Both the position numbers and the translations under genes were made by a program. A DNA stretch of 64,000 nucleotides from Paramecium tetraurelia (lineage: Eukaryota), in NCBI GenBank assembly GCA_000165425.1, contig CT868652.1, forward strand, positions 62,001-126,000, given 5' to 3'. How positions within the stretch are numbered: position 1 is the stretch's first letter; each line of letters opens with the position of its first letter. Positions 14,687 to 27,616 of this stretch are shown one piece after another. The notes under the pieces are model-generated. The model was not told the DNA's origin. It was given only the letters and a program-made list of their open reading frames with translations, and did not search any database.

Positions 14687-17044
14687 TCATGCAGATTTTC
14701 TCTTTTAATCGTGATCAGTTTGTAATTTGAGTTAGCTTAACAAATAGAGTTTTTAATCCTGTTGGTTCATTTAATTTTCACTTTCAAAAGTATTCTATCT
14801 TTTGCTCTTCTACCTTTGAGTGCATTATTATTCCATCTAATTATTTCTAGTGCCTCCAGTACTCTCTTAAAAATTGGCTTCATTACTATTATAATAAAAT
14901 TGTTTTAATATAATTTCTTTAGGAAAATTTTCAGAGATATTCTGCTAAAGTGGCTTAATGAAAGCTAAGAATTCTGCCTCACCCTAGCCAAATTCTTCTT
15001 CATCGAAATTAAACGAATAATGGTCCATTTTAAAAGGGGATTCAATCCTTTTTTATAAAATATCCTTATATAAATTTTTGTCTCCCCATTAAACCATCCA
15101 TGGATGTCTTAATAAGGATTCTATGTTATCTATTCTATTTTTTGGATTTTTAGCCAGCAAGTTGTTTAATAGGTCTTTAATTAATGGGGACATTTGTAAT
15201 TATGGAGGAAAATTTAACTTTTAATTAAGTATTCTTGTGTATATCTCCTCAGTATTTCTCGAATAATAGGGAGGTAAGCCAGTAACCAGTTCATATAACA
15301 ATGCTCCTAAGCAATACAAGTCTAACTGGAATGTATGTCCAGATTTTAATAGCATCTCGGGGGCCATGTATTCAGGTGATCCGCAAAATGAATATCCTAT
15401 ATCTTATTCAGTCATGTTAGGTTTGGATAATCCAAAGTCTGCAATTCTAACATGACCGTCAAAATCAATTAGGATATTTTCTGGTTTAATATCTCTATAA
15501 ATAATGTTATTTTCATGTAAGTGTTTCATGCCAAGACAAATTTCTGAGAAGTAAAAGAATGCTTCCTCCTCCTTCATTCTTTTGACCTAATGCATATATA
15601 AATCAAAATACTTTTCGCAAAAGGTAAAACAACTCCCCTCCGGAACAGTATTCTAATACAAAAACTAAATATTTTCTAGATTCAAAAGCATATTGCATTT
15701 TCACAATAAAAGGATGATTAAGGATAGACATAATATCTCTCTCATTTTATATGATTGTTTATTTATTCTATTAGATAATGGGATTCTTCTCTATCAATTT
15801 CATAGCATAATATTAGCCAGATCTTCTTTCTCTTACCATGTAAACTTTAGAGAATCCTCCCATACCTATGCATCTTATGAATTCAAAGTCTTTAAGACTG
15901 ACTCTGGGTGTCTTGATTTCATTCTCCAAAGCGAATACAGGTTCAATAATCAAAGGTTGAAGTTAAATAGAATTTAACAAAGATAAGGGTCTCTCTACTT
16001 TTGTTAAGATATAATCGACAGGAATCGAAATATTACAGGTTTTAATTCCAATAACAGTGGGTAAAGTGGTTCCGAAATTTTTCATTATAATTTGTTTAAC
16101 TAGATCTACTAAATATTATATAGAATTTTATTAGACATCTACAGTTATCTTTTCTTTATGCGTTTTACAGAGTAATATGATGTTTATGGAATCCTAGAAT
16201 TACTTTCTATCGAATAAATTAATTAATTAGTTTACCTGTTTGTGAATGGTTTATTTGGATTAATCTCAATTATTGGTTAAGAAGCTGAGTGGACTTAAGT
16301 TTTTTAACCCTCTAATTGTTTGGTGCTGTTAGATTTATAGGAGTTCGATTACATAAACAATTGGGATTAGTGCTTTGCACTTGAAACTCCTAAAGATTTT
16401 TAAGAGTTTATCCTTTAAAAAAATTCTTCTTCTTATTATCGTTACTTCATTTCTTATATTGCTAAGTCTGCTTTCTATTTTAATGTGAGTTCAGTTTTAT
16501 TCATTGCAGATTAAGGTTGGGTCAGCATGATCTCAGATGATTTTGGCATAGCAGAAGAAATAAGTGTTAACTACTTGTAATCGTCTTATATTTTATCAAT
16601 TTTATTAAGTGATGACTAAGAGTTTTAATGCGAATGTGGTTGTGTCTTGATGTGGTTTCCAACTTATCTCATCACAGTTTTTGATTACAATTGCTTTTAC
16701 TCTTGGCTAACAAATTTAGGAGACATGAACCCTTTTGATTTGAGCAGATCTGTTTATTATACTTTTCTTTACGTTTGTCTCAGTTTTTATAATAAACAAA
16801 TACTATTGTTATGTAATCCTTAGATTATTCTGAGAACCATTTGATCTTAGCAACGGACTTTATTATTGGATTAATTATTTGTTAGCCTGGTATAAATTAA
16901 TTTAGTTACTTTGAATTCTATTTGTAAGGTCTGGGAATTAGAGAATCGTGCTTAAATTTATTCTCTATTTGAGAGATAACTCATTAATGCTTGGGGAGGG
17001 ATTTCTGAAGACTAAGTTTTATGATGTTATCTTTTTGGTGGCAT
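14687..17044 (-). CDS. AGC-group Ser/Thr kinase (Akt/SGK/S6K-like) with long low-complexity N-terminus
   Basis: LKDFEFIRCIGMGGFSKVYMV, YAMKLI, HPFIVKMQYAFES, LEYCSGGELF, IIYRDIKPENILIDFDGHVRIADFGLSK, SFCGSPEYMAPE, YELVTGLPPYY. Confidence 0.92.
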
Positions 17045-17193
17045 AAAAATTAAATTTATAAATAAATAAATGTCAAGTTTAATATTTAGAAAATTTTTAA
17101 AAGAAATACTGTATAATATCCTTAAAATTGTCTTAAAATAATATTATTTTTTGTGGTTCTTATTTAAAATATTCTATAAACAAAATATTATAG

Positions 17194-18099
17194 TCATTAT
17201 TTACTTTTTACTCGATTTTAATCATGAATTAGATGCATCAATTCATTAATTTCTGTTTAGAATTCTTTACTTACGCTTTATTAGTACTTTTTTGAACTTC
17301 TTTAATTATTAATTCTGGGTTTGAAGGTACAATCAACCATTTCTTTTTATTATTATTTCTTTTATTAAATATCTATTTTATTTTATAGTTTTTGTTTCCA
17401 TTCTTCATTTCTTTCTGCAATTGCAGTCACTCTTGCAGTTTATGCTCTATGTATAGATTAATTATTCTCCTGTTCTTTTTATTGTTCCTTCACTTTTTGT
17501 TTTGAATAGCACCTTTATCGTTCATTTTATTGCAAATAGTAAGAACTACTTTTGTGATTGATCTTAGAGGATGAATAATTTTACGTTCTCATCCTTTCAT
17601 AATTGTAAGGTTGTTTTTTAGCAGGAGAAATGCTTTATGTATATTATTTCATGGATTTTTGAGATTATTAGGTTTCGTTAAAGTTTTTGATTGGAGTTTA
17701 TGTTTATGTTTATTATTCATTATTTTTTATTGGATTCGGTTATATGAGGATTTGTTAAGATGAAATTTGTTAGTTCTGAGACTATTCTTAATTTTCTATG
17801 CATTTGGGTTTGATTGTATCCGGACTCAAACTTTTTGTGTTTGCTTATTTTTTAAATGAATCACTGCTTCTCAATTATTCATCATAAAACTTGATTTTTT
17901 ATTAAATGGATCTTTGGATATTTCTGATGATACAAGATGATTATTTTGCAGTAATTTTTGCATTAAACAACGATTCACTCAACTGAATTGTCTCCTTGTC
18001 TACCTTTGTACGCGAAACTACTTTTAAAGCATAATTTTATTGATGTATTCTCCTTTTCTAAGTTTGAGCAAAAAAGAATGCTTCATGTTTATCATTCAT
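17194..18099 (-). CDS. Hypothetical protein with a CTFKPRIN motif
   Basis: Open code-6 frame MNDKHEAFFFAQTQKRR...EMVDCTFKPRINN...-TGA. The xCTFxPxIN motif is common in ciliate coiled-coil proteins. Confidence 0.6.
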
Positions 18100-18231
18100 T
18101 TGTAATTTAGATTGTTTACTTATATTAAATAATTTTATTGTGTATTTATTTTAATTATTCATACAGTTTACAGTAAGAAAGAGAAACAATAACTAAAATA
18201 GATGATGTAGATTGATATAAAATCACTGAAC

Positions 18232-20876
18232 TCACACTTTAATCTCTTTTCTTCTTTCTGGTTCTAACTCTTCCTCCAAAGATCCTAGTATTTGAAACAA
18301 AATTGAGCTTAAATATGAATTTTAGAAACCCTAATGATCAAAAATGAAACAATACTTCGGATGTTAAATTAGGTTTGATGAATTTACATAAGTTGAAATA
18401 TCCACTATATTCTTAGTCTCCTAAGAATACTCCCAAGGATCGTTTGTATCTGTTTATCAATCTACCTTAGTAATATAAAAATATCCCCAAATTGTTTTAG
18501 GGCAGTCTGCAAATACCGTAAGCCTCAGTGCACTCATTCAATCTATTGACTAACTTTTCGTTTCCCACCATTACTTTGAACTTGTTCTCCATCTTATTTT
18601 TGATAGATGAAAAAGCTTGAGGTTGATCATTTACAAACATCTTGTAAGGAAGTTGATCCAAAGAATAGAACTTGATATATTCCTTTAAGGAATAATCAGG
18701 ATATTTAATGGCTTCCTCCTTCTTGAGATCAAAAGCTGCATATGTATTTGAGACAATATCATCATTGTAAAGGTTTAATTCAAATACTTTCTAATGAGAA
18801 TGTATTTTTGCAAGATCAAATATAAATATCTTTGTGTAGTTATAATTGCAATTAATTATGAAGTCTTCTTCAGTCAAGAGATGAGTGATAGCACTCAATA
18901 AGACATTTTTACTTTCCGGAGAATCGACTTTTCTCTCCTTTTCACTACTAATTGTGAGAGTGTAATTGTAGAATGTCAAAGATTCATCATTAGGATTTAA
19001 AAGGTTATTCATTGATATAAAGCCAACATAATAATTATTCTACGATTTATGACAAATCATAACACTATCACCCAACCGAAGTGAGGCAATTTTGAAATTC
19101 AATGCATATTACTTTTTGTTGAATTATTACTATTCTTCTTAAATCAAGCCTTCACCTCCATTTCTAGTAATCTATTCATAGTCTTATTTGTTTAAACATA
19201 TCTTCTTCTTTGGAATATCGAAATTAAATAGAAAATCACTCAAATCCTCTAAATCCTTTGTTTCTTTCTCAAATAAAATAATTAAAGGTATCTTCTCTTG
19301 CATATCATCAGTTGTGTATTAAGATTTCTTTCTTCTTAGACGATAGGCATATTCAATTTTCAATTCAGATGCTTCAGATATTTTGGCATTGTCTAAAAAC
19401 AACCCAAAACAAGACATCGGTGATTAAACGAGTTTCGAAATTCTAATTTTTATACTTATTAATAAATTACTCATCAATGAAGGTTAAGGATAACTTTGGT
19501 TAACGAATGGCATTATTCTCTGCTACCTTATTGAAAGAGATGTCCTCCTCCTATTAATTCCCATAAATCAATTAACAATATTTACAAACATTCTTCATCT
19601 CATCTCTTGAGAACTTCTATAAATGATTTTCACTATCCTTTAAGTGCAATACCATAATGTCTTCCAAGACTTCTCCCATGCTTCTCAATCCTCCAAACAC
19701 AATCAATTGATCTTTAAAAACTATACAACTATGTGAAAATCTTGGCTAAAACATAGGAGTCTTGGATCTTGGTACTAATTTGCTCCAAGTCTAACACTTT
19801 AATTAAGAAATTCTACCCTCATGATAGTCTCAAATATCCAAATATCATTCTTTGGATATATGGGCTTTTCCTCTTCATCCACATTCTAAAAATTATCCTC
19901 TTAATCCTACTCCATAGCCTCTTCTTCATTATCCTTTTATTAATCATATTAATAACTAGTTAATATTTCTAAAGATATACCCTTCCCCTCCTATAATAAA
20001 CAGAAATCTATCAGCATATGCCACTGCAGAATGAGATGCACGAGGTGTGGGCTGCTATGATCCATTTGGCTTGATCTTCTCTATTTTAATTGCAATGTTG
20101 TTTTCGCCATTCTACTTTTTGTCCTCTATTGAATCTTATTAGTCAAATCTTTGTTGTAGATCATTGATGTTCTCAAAATCCAATTTATACAAATCCTTAT
20201 AAAATATTAATTGTTTTTGTGACATTTAACCTTGACCTCCAAAAATGTAAACACTCTCTCCAATCTTATTTGCCGTATGACTTTCTAATTTAATCATCTC
20301 GTCTCCAGTGAAATTTACGATTTATAGAAATTTGTTTGTTTTTATATCATATAACCAATGAGACTCTGTCATAGTGTTCTGTACTTAGTCCCAACCTCCG
20401 TATATGTATATTAATCTCTATGATAAAGCAACCATTGAATGTCCTTCTCTTGCTTACATGTCTTTTGGAACTTATATTTCCGTCCACTCTGATGTGTCAA
20501 TGTCGAAGCTCCAAAAATCACCCATAATTTGGTCATTACTAGACCCTCCAAAAAAATAAAGCTTATTTTGAAGGCAAACAGAGCAATGGGAATCTCTACC
20601 AGCTGGGTGATTGGCGGAAGGACTGGCCAATCTTTCCCATTAAAATGTTATGCAATCCATACGATAGATTAATTCCCATTATTTGGCATTGTCTGATTTG
20701 CCACACCCGCTGAAAACATACATGTATTTATCATGCAAGACAGCGGTATGGCCCCATCTCTTGCAAGGATAATTTGGACTTTTCCTCTTGTTTACACTCG
20801 AGTTTTTAGATATCCACTATGCATTTCTAAAGATTTTTGTTGGGATTGTTGTTATCTCTTATTGAATTTAATTCAT
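18232..20876 (-). CDS. Kelch-repeat + MORC-type GHKL/S5 fusion protein with a degenerate ATPase site
   Basis: Kelch repeats (PCKRWGHTAVLHDKYMYVFSG, PAGRDSHCSVCLQNKLYFFGG, AREGHSMVALSQRLIYIYGG...) are followed in frame across a 28-nt intron (19443-19470) by KLSLTFIDEISKLVQSPMSCFGLFLDNAKISEASELKIEY and QYALNFKIASLRLGDSVMIC. S5-fold motifs follow: TKIFIFDL, YSLKEYIKFYSL, GIFLYYQGRLINRY, FIKPNLTSEGF. Confidence 0.8.
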
Positions 20877-20902
20877 ATAATTTTATAATTTAATTAATAT
20901 TC

Positions 20903-21277
20903 ATGATCACAAATTAAATTAAATATTCATTCGCCCTTTATTCCAAATACTTCCTAGTGTCTCAACAATATAATTAAGACATGTATTATCATCGCAGTAC
21001 CGAATTTATCACTTATTCATTATTAGTCCCTTTGCGTTCAGAACACGAAAACCAACTCTAAAAATTAATTTCAAAAGGCGCCTAAATTATAGGCGGAGCT
21101 CAATTCCCATACAATGGAGCATATTACATCATCAATACAGAAGATGACAACAACATCAAATCCTTTATCAATAATGATCCATATACATAAAATAATTTAG
21201 CGAAAACCACCTATGAACAAATCTACCCCCAAATTGATAATTTTGATCAATTAAGTTAGCTCTATAGTTTTAAATGA
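20903..21277 (+). CDS. YCII/YciI-related domain protein, possibly mitochondrial
   Basis: YFLVSQQYNQDMYYHRIPLRSEH...IIGGAQFPYNGAYYII...FINNDPYTQNNL after removing a 30-nt intron (20997-21026). RxxH, GG and DPY are YCII hallmarks. Confidence 0.75.
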
Positions 21278-22712
21278 AGAATATATATGAATAGAATTTT
21301 ATATATTAATAAAAAACAATTTCTTTATTTTATAAGAAATATTATTGTTATTATATATAATCATTATTCTGAAAAAATGAATCTATAATTAATTATGAAT
21401 TCGAGAAATAATGCCAATCTCTCTATATTATATTTATGAAGATTTTAAAGAAAAAATGTTTGTTGTTAGAAGAGTAATTTAATTTTCAGTAGTCTGGAAA
21501 TTTTAATGGTTGTATTAAAGCTTCTTATTTTAACTCAGCTGCAACTACTTATTCATGCTATTATTAGTATTGTGTAGTTGAAGACTCAATATTTATAAGC
21601 ATACGTTGAAAATTATATAAGATCCTATTAAGTTTAATTTTTGATTTTTTTAAACTCAATATCTCCTTTGCAGAAATTTCATGCTCTTCATTTGATTAAT
21701 TTTGATTCACTAACCTATAAATGAATGAATGATGAATCATTTTCACTTAATATGGTTTTGTGTAGAATTTGAATGAAATAACATAAAAAAATATATAAGT
21801 TTATTAATATTGGGAAGTGAAAATTTTAATATCATTTTGATTATATTTCAATTAGAACCAGACTTGGGTAGATCATATTTTAATGAATAATGTTCTTTCA
21901 TTTACAACAACAATTTCAATAATAAAAACTTATCAATTAGTATTTCGGCAACAATATATTTTTTCTAAAGTAGGTTGCTAAATTTGATAAAATGTTAAGA
22001 AAATCAAAAACATCTTGTTTCACACACATACTAGAGTGGCGCCTGAACATAAATAGAAGTCAAATCCATTAATATAATTTAAGAAGATAAACTAGAAAAA
22101 AATAATTAAAAACTGAAAAAAAGATGTCATAAAAATTTGGGAATAATTAAAGTTAAAAGAAAATACAGACAAGGTATCCAGAATATTTATTATTATTATG
22201 ATTATCATGTAAAAAATAATATTTTAGGTTTACTTATTTTTATCCCCTTGCTTGCTTATCAAAATAAATGACTAAATTAAGAACATGATATATAATGGAA
22301 TGAATGTAGAATCAATTATTTACAAATGGAAGTATTAAAGTATAAAAATAGATCTGTATCATATTATAAAATAAAATTCATTTCCTTAATCTCATAAGAA
22401 ACAAAAAGCTTGAGACTGATATGAAATTGATACTCTCATTATCATGTTTAGTTAGGAATTGGCAAGATTGGGACCATTAAAAAGTAATCTGTACTATACA
22501 AGAGTTAAAATTCAATGATATTGTTTGATTGAGGTATAAACCGTCATATTAATGTTCATTATCAATTTAGATTAAGGTAGAGGTATCTATAAAGATGTCT
22601 TTGGATAGTTTAATTAATAATTATTTTAAATTGATTGCATAGAAATAATCCCTCATCATCGTTTATATTTATTTCATTTTAATTACCCGTTTTTATATAT
22701 TATTATTAAATA

Positions 22713-23796
22713 ATGAAAGTGACAATCGCCCTTGTATTGTTAGTCGCATTGGCATCAGCCACATCTACTCAAGATTAAATTCTTGCTCTCCTTCAAACAG
22801 GAACAAAGGCAAGCGATGCCATAGACACTGTCTTTGGTTTATTGAACGATTTGATTCAATCAAATAAGGATGCTTAATTTGCAGCAGATCAAAAGAATGA
22901 AACAGATGAATGGATTGGCGCATAGTAATTATGTTGATTAATTGTAGGACAATCGAGTAATTCACTAAAATCAAGTCTTTGAATCAAAAATTATTCCAAT
23001 AATCAATTGAAAACAGAGCCCAATTTGAATAAGATCTCCATGACACAAAGAATTACCTTGCTTGGAACGAATAAAGATAAGATGAAATAAATAGAAAGAT
23101 CTAAGTTCTTCTTGACGAATAATGTCTTAGCAATCAACTCTTTGTTAGATCAATCAAACAAAACAGAGAAGCTCTTGAAGTTGTCAGAGTACTCAAACAA
23201 GATGTCGCAGGATACATTATCAACGGAGACTCCTTTGAATTAGTTTAAGTCCACAGTGTTGCTGACAAATTGAAACAATATAGCAACACATTCTAAGAAT
23301 AGGAGATCCAATCATTCCTCTAATTGGCCAACAAATAAGAAGACGGAGCATCAAGCAGAGGAGCAACCTTGGCAGAAAGAGTCTTGGGTGTCTTGGAATC
23401 CCTTGAAGCCAACCTTTAAGCCTCACTTGAAGCTCTTGAAGTCAACGAGATCAATGCATCATGGGAATTGGCTGGTTGGGTTTCTTTGAGTGAAGCTGAA
23501 GTAGCAAACCTCAAAGTTGAATACGAAAGAAAATAAGTCTATGCTGACAGATTAGCTACTGTAACATTATTTAATTAATTATTCTCTAGTAAATCTAAGC
23601 TGCCTTAGCACAATAAGCCAAATCCAAGATCATCCTCTAAGAATCACAAGATGCTTTAGATCAAGCCTTATCTGATTTGGAAAACAAGAGAGCTGACTAT
23701 GCTGAAGCCAAGGCCAAAAGAGATGAAGAGAATGCCATCCTTGCCGAAGTCATCACTATGTTCAAGAAATAAGTTGCTTCATGGTCTGGAAGATGA
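22713..23796 (+). CDS. Trichocyst matrix protein (TMP/Grl family) precursor
   Basis: Signal peptide MKVTIALVLLVALASA, LLQTG processing-like site, acidic coiled-coil halves, strongly biased codon usage; introns 22925-22947 and 23561-23589. Confidence 0.8.
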
Positions 23797-23824
23797 GATT
23801 CATCATTTTATATTCAATATAAAT

Positions 23825-25664
23825 ATGAATTCATTTATTCAATGTTTCATACAGCAGGCAGTCAAAATGTCAATATCAGAGACCTATGTTTAGAAGATCC
23901 CCAACATCTTTGAAATCAACACCCTCCTGATGATAACTTTCATATTGTTATTTGTCTGGCGAATAATCACATTGAAGACTAAAGCATTATCGAATCCACT
24001 CAAGATCTTGGGTATAGCTACTTTGAAACTAATTCACTATGTTTCATCATTTTATAGTCTCATCATGTTTTCGTTTCTGATGTAACTATCTCTCATATAA
24101 TAAGTTCATACGTGGCAGATTAATTGGCCTTTAGGAATCTTAACAAAATTAAGTTGATTCAATTTTTCTTTGTTATTATCATATTCTGTTGGGGAACAGA
24201 TATAAATCTATTTTCACTTACCCTCGTAACTCTAATAGAAAAAATTACTAAAAAAGTCATTTAATCACAATAAATATAAAAAGAGGACGAGATCTCCACT
24301 ATTTTATCATATGTGTTAGCTTTGGTCATAATTCTCAACATATCTATCTATGAAGTATCATTATTGTAACACACTAGATGCTGCTTTCAGAAGAATTGGA
24401 GGCATTTAATATCATGGAATTCCCTCTATTCAATTTGTTAATGATAGGCTTATTCATGTTGGCCTTGTAAAAAATAACCTACAATATCACAACAGAGCAA
24501 CACAATAAATTTATAGGTGTCATAATGTGTCTCTTATTTTTGATTTACGAGTTGAAAGATAAATTACATGATCCCTTCAATCATTAAGTGATGTGGGTAA
24601 GTCTCTCAATATTAGCTGCCTTAAATATCTTTGAGAATACTGAAGAAGAATTGCAATTGATCTAAAGTAATAATAATAGAGTGTTTGGAGAAGATGAAAT
24701 TTCATTCTAAGCATTCATAAATCATTTAAAAAATAATTCAGACTCAAAGAAATTGATGATTCAACTCTCCCTCAACTTTTCATTTATGTTTGTTGAATTA
24801 ATCTATGGTTGGATAAGTAACAGTTTGGGATTGATCACAGATTCACTACATATGCTCATTGATTCAAGTGCATTGGCCATAGCATTGTTTGCCAGTTTCA
24901 TGGCCAAAAGAAAAGCGAATTCAACCTATACATTTGGTTTTGAGAGAGTAGAAATATTATCAGGCTATGCTAATGGTGTGTTCCTACTGTTTGCAGTCGT
25001 TGAAATAATCTCAGAATCCTTTGAGAGAGTCATCACTCCTTAGGAAGTGCTGCCTGAAAAAATGTTGATTGTTTCATTCTTAGGATTACTGGTTAATGTG
25101 ATTGGGTTATTCTTCTTTCATAATCATGGACACATTCATTCAGAAGAAGTGGATGAATAATTGGAAGAAAAACACCATCATCATTGTTCTCATCACCATG
25201 ACCATAATCATAATTTGTCTGGAGTATATTTGCATATTCTAGCTGATGCTTTGGGAAGTGTTGCTTGTATCATTTCTGCTTTGCTCATATATTACTATCA
25301 GTTCCATATGGCTGACCCCATAGCCTCCATCATCATCTCTTTACTCATTCTTACAACTACAATTACATTACTGAAAGACACTAGCAAAATATTATTAATG
25401 CATGTACCATATTCAGGAAAGAAGGTTTTAGCTGCTATTTCTCACGATGTAATTATTATTATTATCAATTTACAGTTCAATCATAGAGGGTTTGAACCTC
25501 AAGAAATGAAATTGTGGTAATATAAGGAGAAGAAATTGATATTTACTGCGAGATTCTAAATCAAATAATCAGATGAAGATTAAATTAAATCTGAAATAGA
25601 TGGCATTGTTTCCAAACATAAAGATGTGATAATTAATGCAATTGATTTTGATTATGTTGACTGA
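23825..25664 (+). CDS. Cation diffusion facilitator zinc transporter (ZnT5/Msc2-like, long N-terminal TM extension)
   Basis: LNFSFMFVELIYGWISNSLGLITDSLHMLID, YTFGFERVEILSGYANGVFL, His-rich loop HHHHCSHHHDHNH, NLSGVYLHILADALGSV, ADPIASIIIS. Confidence 0.9.
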
Positions 25665-25705
25665 ATTAATTTTGTGTTAATTTACAATTCATATAATATA
25701 TTTAA

Positions 25706-26520
25706 ATGGAAGACTAATTTTCTGAAGATTATCATCTTTCTCTTCACTAGGTTCAATTATCTCTAATCCATCTCTTTTTTTCTTAGAATCGAACCATTAC
25801 TCACTTACCAACAGTCAAAAGAATTAAATAATTCATAAAAAGGAACAAACTGATATTATAAGTCAAAGATAGACTAATAATAATAGGTTATATTTATCCA
25901 AAAATGAAAAAACCAATCTCATCAATTTTTTCAAAGAACAACTTATTTAGGGGAATTAAATGAAAAGATAAAAATAAATTTTTTGTGATCCAATCAAAAT
26001 TAGGCTCCCAACTTTCAGTCCTACCAGCAAATTTATCTTAATTTGGCAAGTTTTTAGAATTATTTAAATTATGTTTTAATTGTAGTGGGTTCCTTTCAAA
26101 ATTTCATTTAATCCTTAGAGTTCTACTGATACAGCATTTAGTTTTGGATTATTCATAAAATTATCATTATCTTGTTTGTTGTTGAAGAATTTTTTAAATT
26201 TATTATTTTATCCTATAAGAAATTTACTATTGGTATTGAAATGTCTGCTTTTGAATTCTATCAACAAAGAAGTTGTTTTAGAATACTCTTAGAATACAGT
26301 GACTAGTTCTTTAAATAGAAATTTATGTATCAAAATATCATCACATTCTATCTGCTATATTCTTATTAATTTACAACTATCATAGGAAAATGTATCTAGA
26401 AATTATACCATTATCAATTCACATGTAAGAAAGGAATAGTATACCCTTTGGTAACTTTATTGCTCTATTAAGTTTTCTACACTTTTTGATAAGCTACATT
26501 AAATTCACCTTTAGAATGAC
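25706..26520 (+). pseudogene. Decayed K+/cation-channel gene fragment
   Basis: Recognisable S1-like segment LPTFSPTSKFILIWQVFRIIQIMFQLQWVPFKISF, but the frame from ATG 25706 hits TGA near 25961 and no pore or CNBD follows in the ~0.5 kb left. Confidence 0.5.
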
Positions 26521-26590
26521 TCAAAACATAATGAATAATTAATAAAAATGTAAGAATTTATTTTTAAGAAAAAATCACCAATTTAACTAT

Positions 26591-27616
26591 TCATTTGTTG
26601 ATTTTTTCAACCTTTATTCTTGAAACTTCATAAAATTTGGTAGTGTTAAATTTTCTTCTTACAGCTTACAATGTATTTAGGTCTGCTGTTTGTAATAACT
26701 AACATAATTCTTTAGCACAAGGTTTTAATGAAGCTTCGTTTTAGGTTCTATAGTTTGGAGATCTAATACTAAGATTGTATAATACCTTATTTTATTAACT
26801 AAAAAGATGGCTGCTTCTGTTATTAAGGATGGTTTATACACTATAAATTTGTATTCAACCAAAGCAAGTTCCAATATGTATTAAGCCAAAGCCTTATTTT
26901 TGGGATCTAATTCAGAGGAGAATTTTGATAAGAATTAGTAAGCCGTTGGATTACAAATATTGAAATTCAGGGCTTACAATATTAATCCTTCCATTTCTAA
27001 TACATCACTCTTAACATAAGCATTATCTGTAATGTACACAAAATCTTTTAATGCAGGTGGGTATATTTCCTCATATTTACATGCTATGAAGAGGGCTGCT
27101 ACCCCTACTAATTGCAAGCGTAATCTTGTCACTTATTCCTTTGCTAAATATCTATCTATTAAGGCAATAGTAAGATATAATGTTTCATCTCTTAACTTAA
27201 ATTTAGCATGCACATCAATTAGCCAATCTACAAGAATTGCTCTCATTTTGATATTTATGTTAGGCTACATCTCAGAAGTCATATATAAATCTATTTGATA
27301 TTTATTCTATGTAAATTAGTAATTATTAAATTACCTCTTCGATTAACAAATGTTGGATTATTTCATCTTAGTACAATGCTACTTTTTGAGGATTTTTAGT
27401 CTCTTTGGACTTTTCACTCTCGATTTCAATTTAAATTCTTTCCGATTCTCTTCTAAAGATTTTATTTTCCTTCTCATCCAAGCTGATTGCAAATACTCTG
27501 GGAATAATTGAAAAGGGTTTTTTTGTTTTTTCAACGATCACCCCTGATTCCATCGACTAATAGAGTGATGAATTAACAATTTCTTTTCCAAAACACCTTT
27601 GATTTTCGATGATCAT
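26591..27616 (-). CDS. Mitotic (A/B-type) cyclin
   Basis: Cyclin box [56 protein letters not shown]-box-like RCFGKEIVN near the N-terminus; tiny introns. Confidence 0.95.

Noticed and set aside
21300..22700. Possible gene or snoRNA in a 1.4-kb AT-rich gap (ATGATGA near 21729; open frame about 21900-22270)
   Set aside because: No box D at a suitable distance and no recognisable protein motif or clear start. It may be a relic, but I cannot support a call.
22765..23426. Minus-strand ORFs of 69 and 68 aa in the ORF track
   Set aside because: They are antisense to the trichocyst matrix protein gene and have no independent support.
27032..27298. Plus-strand 88-aa ORF
   Set aside because: It is the antisense shadow of the cyclin box.
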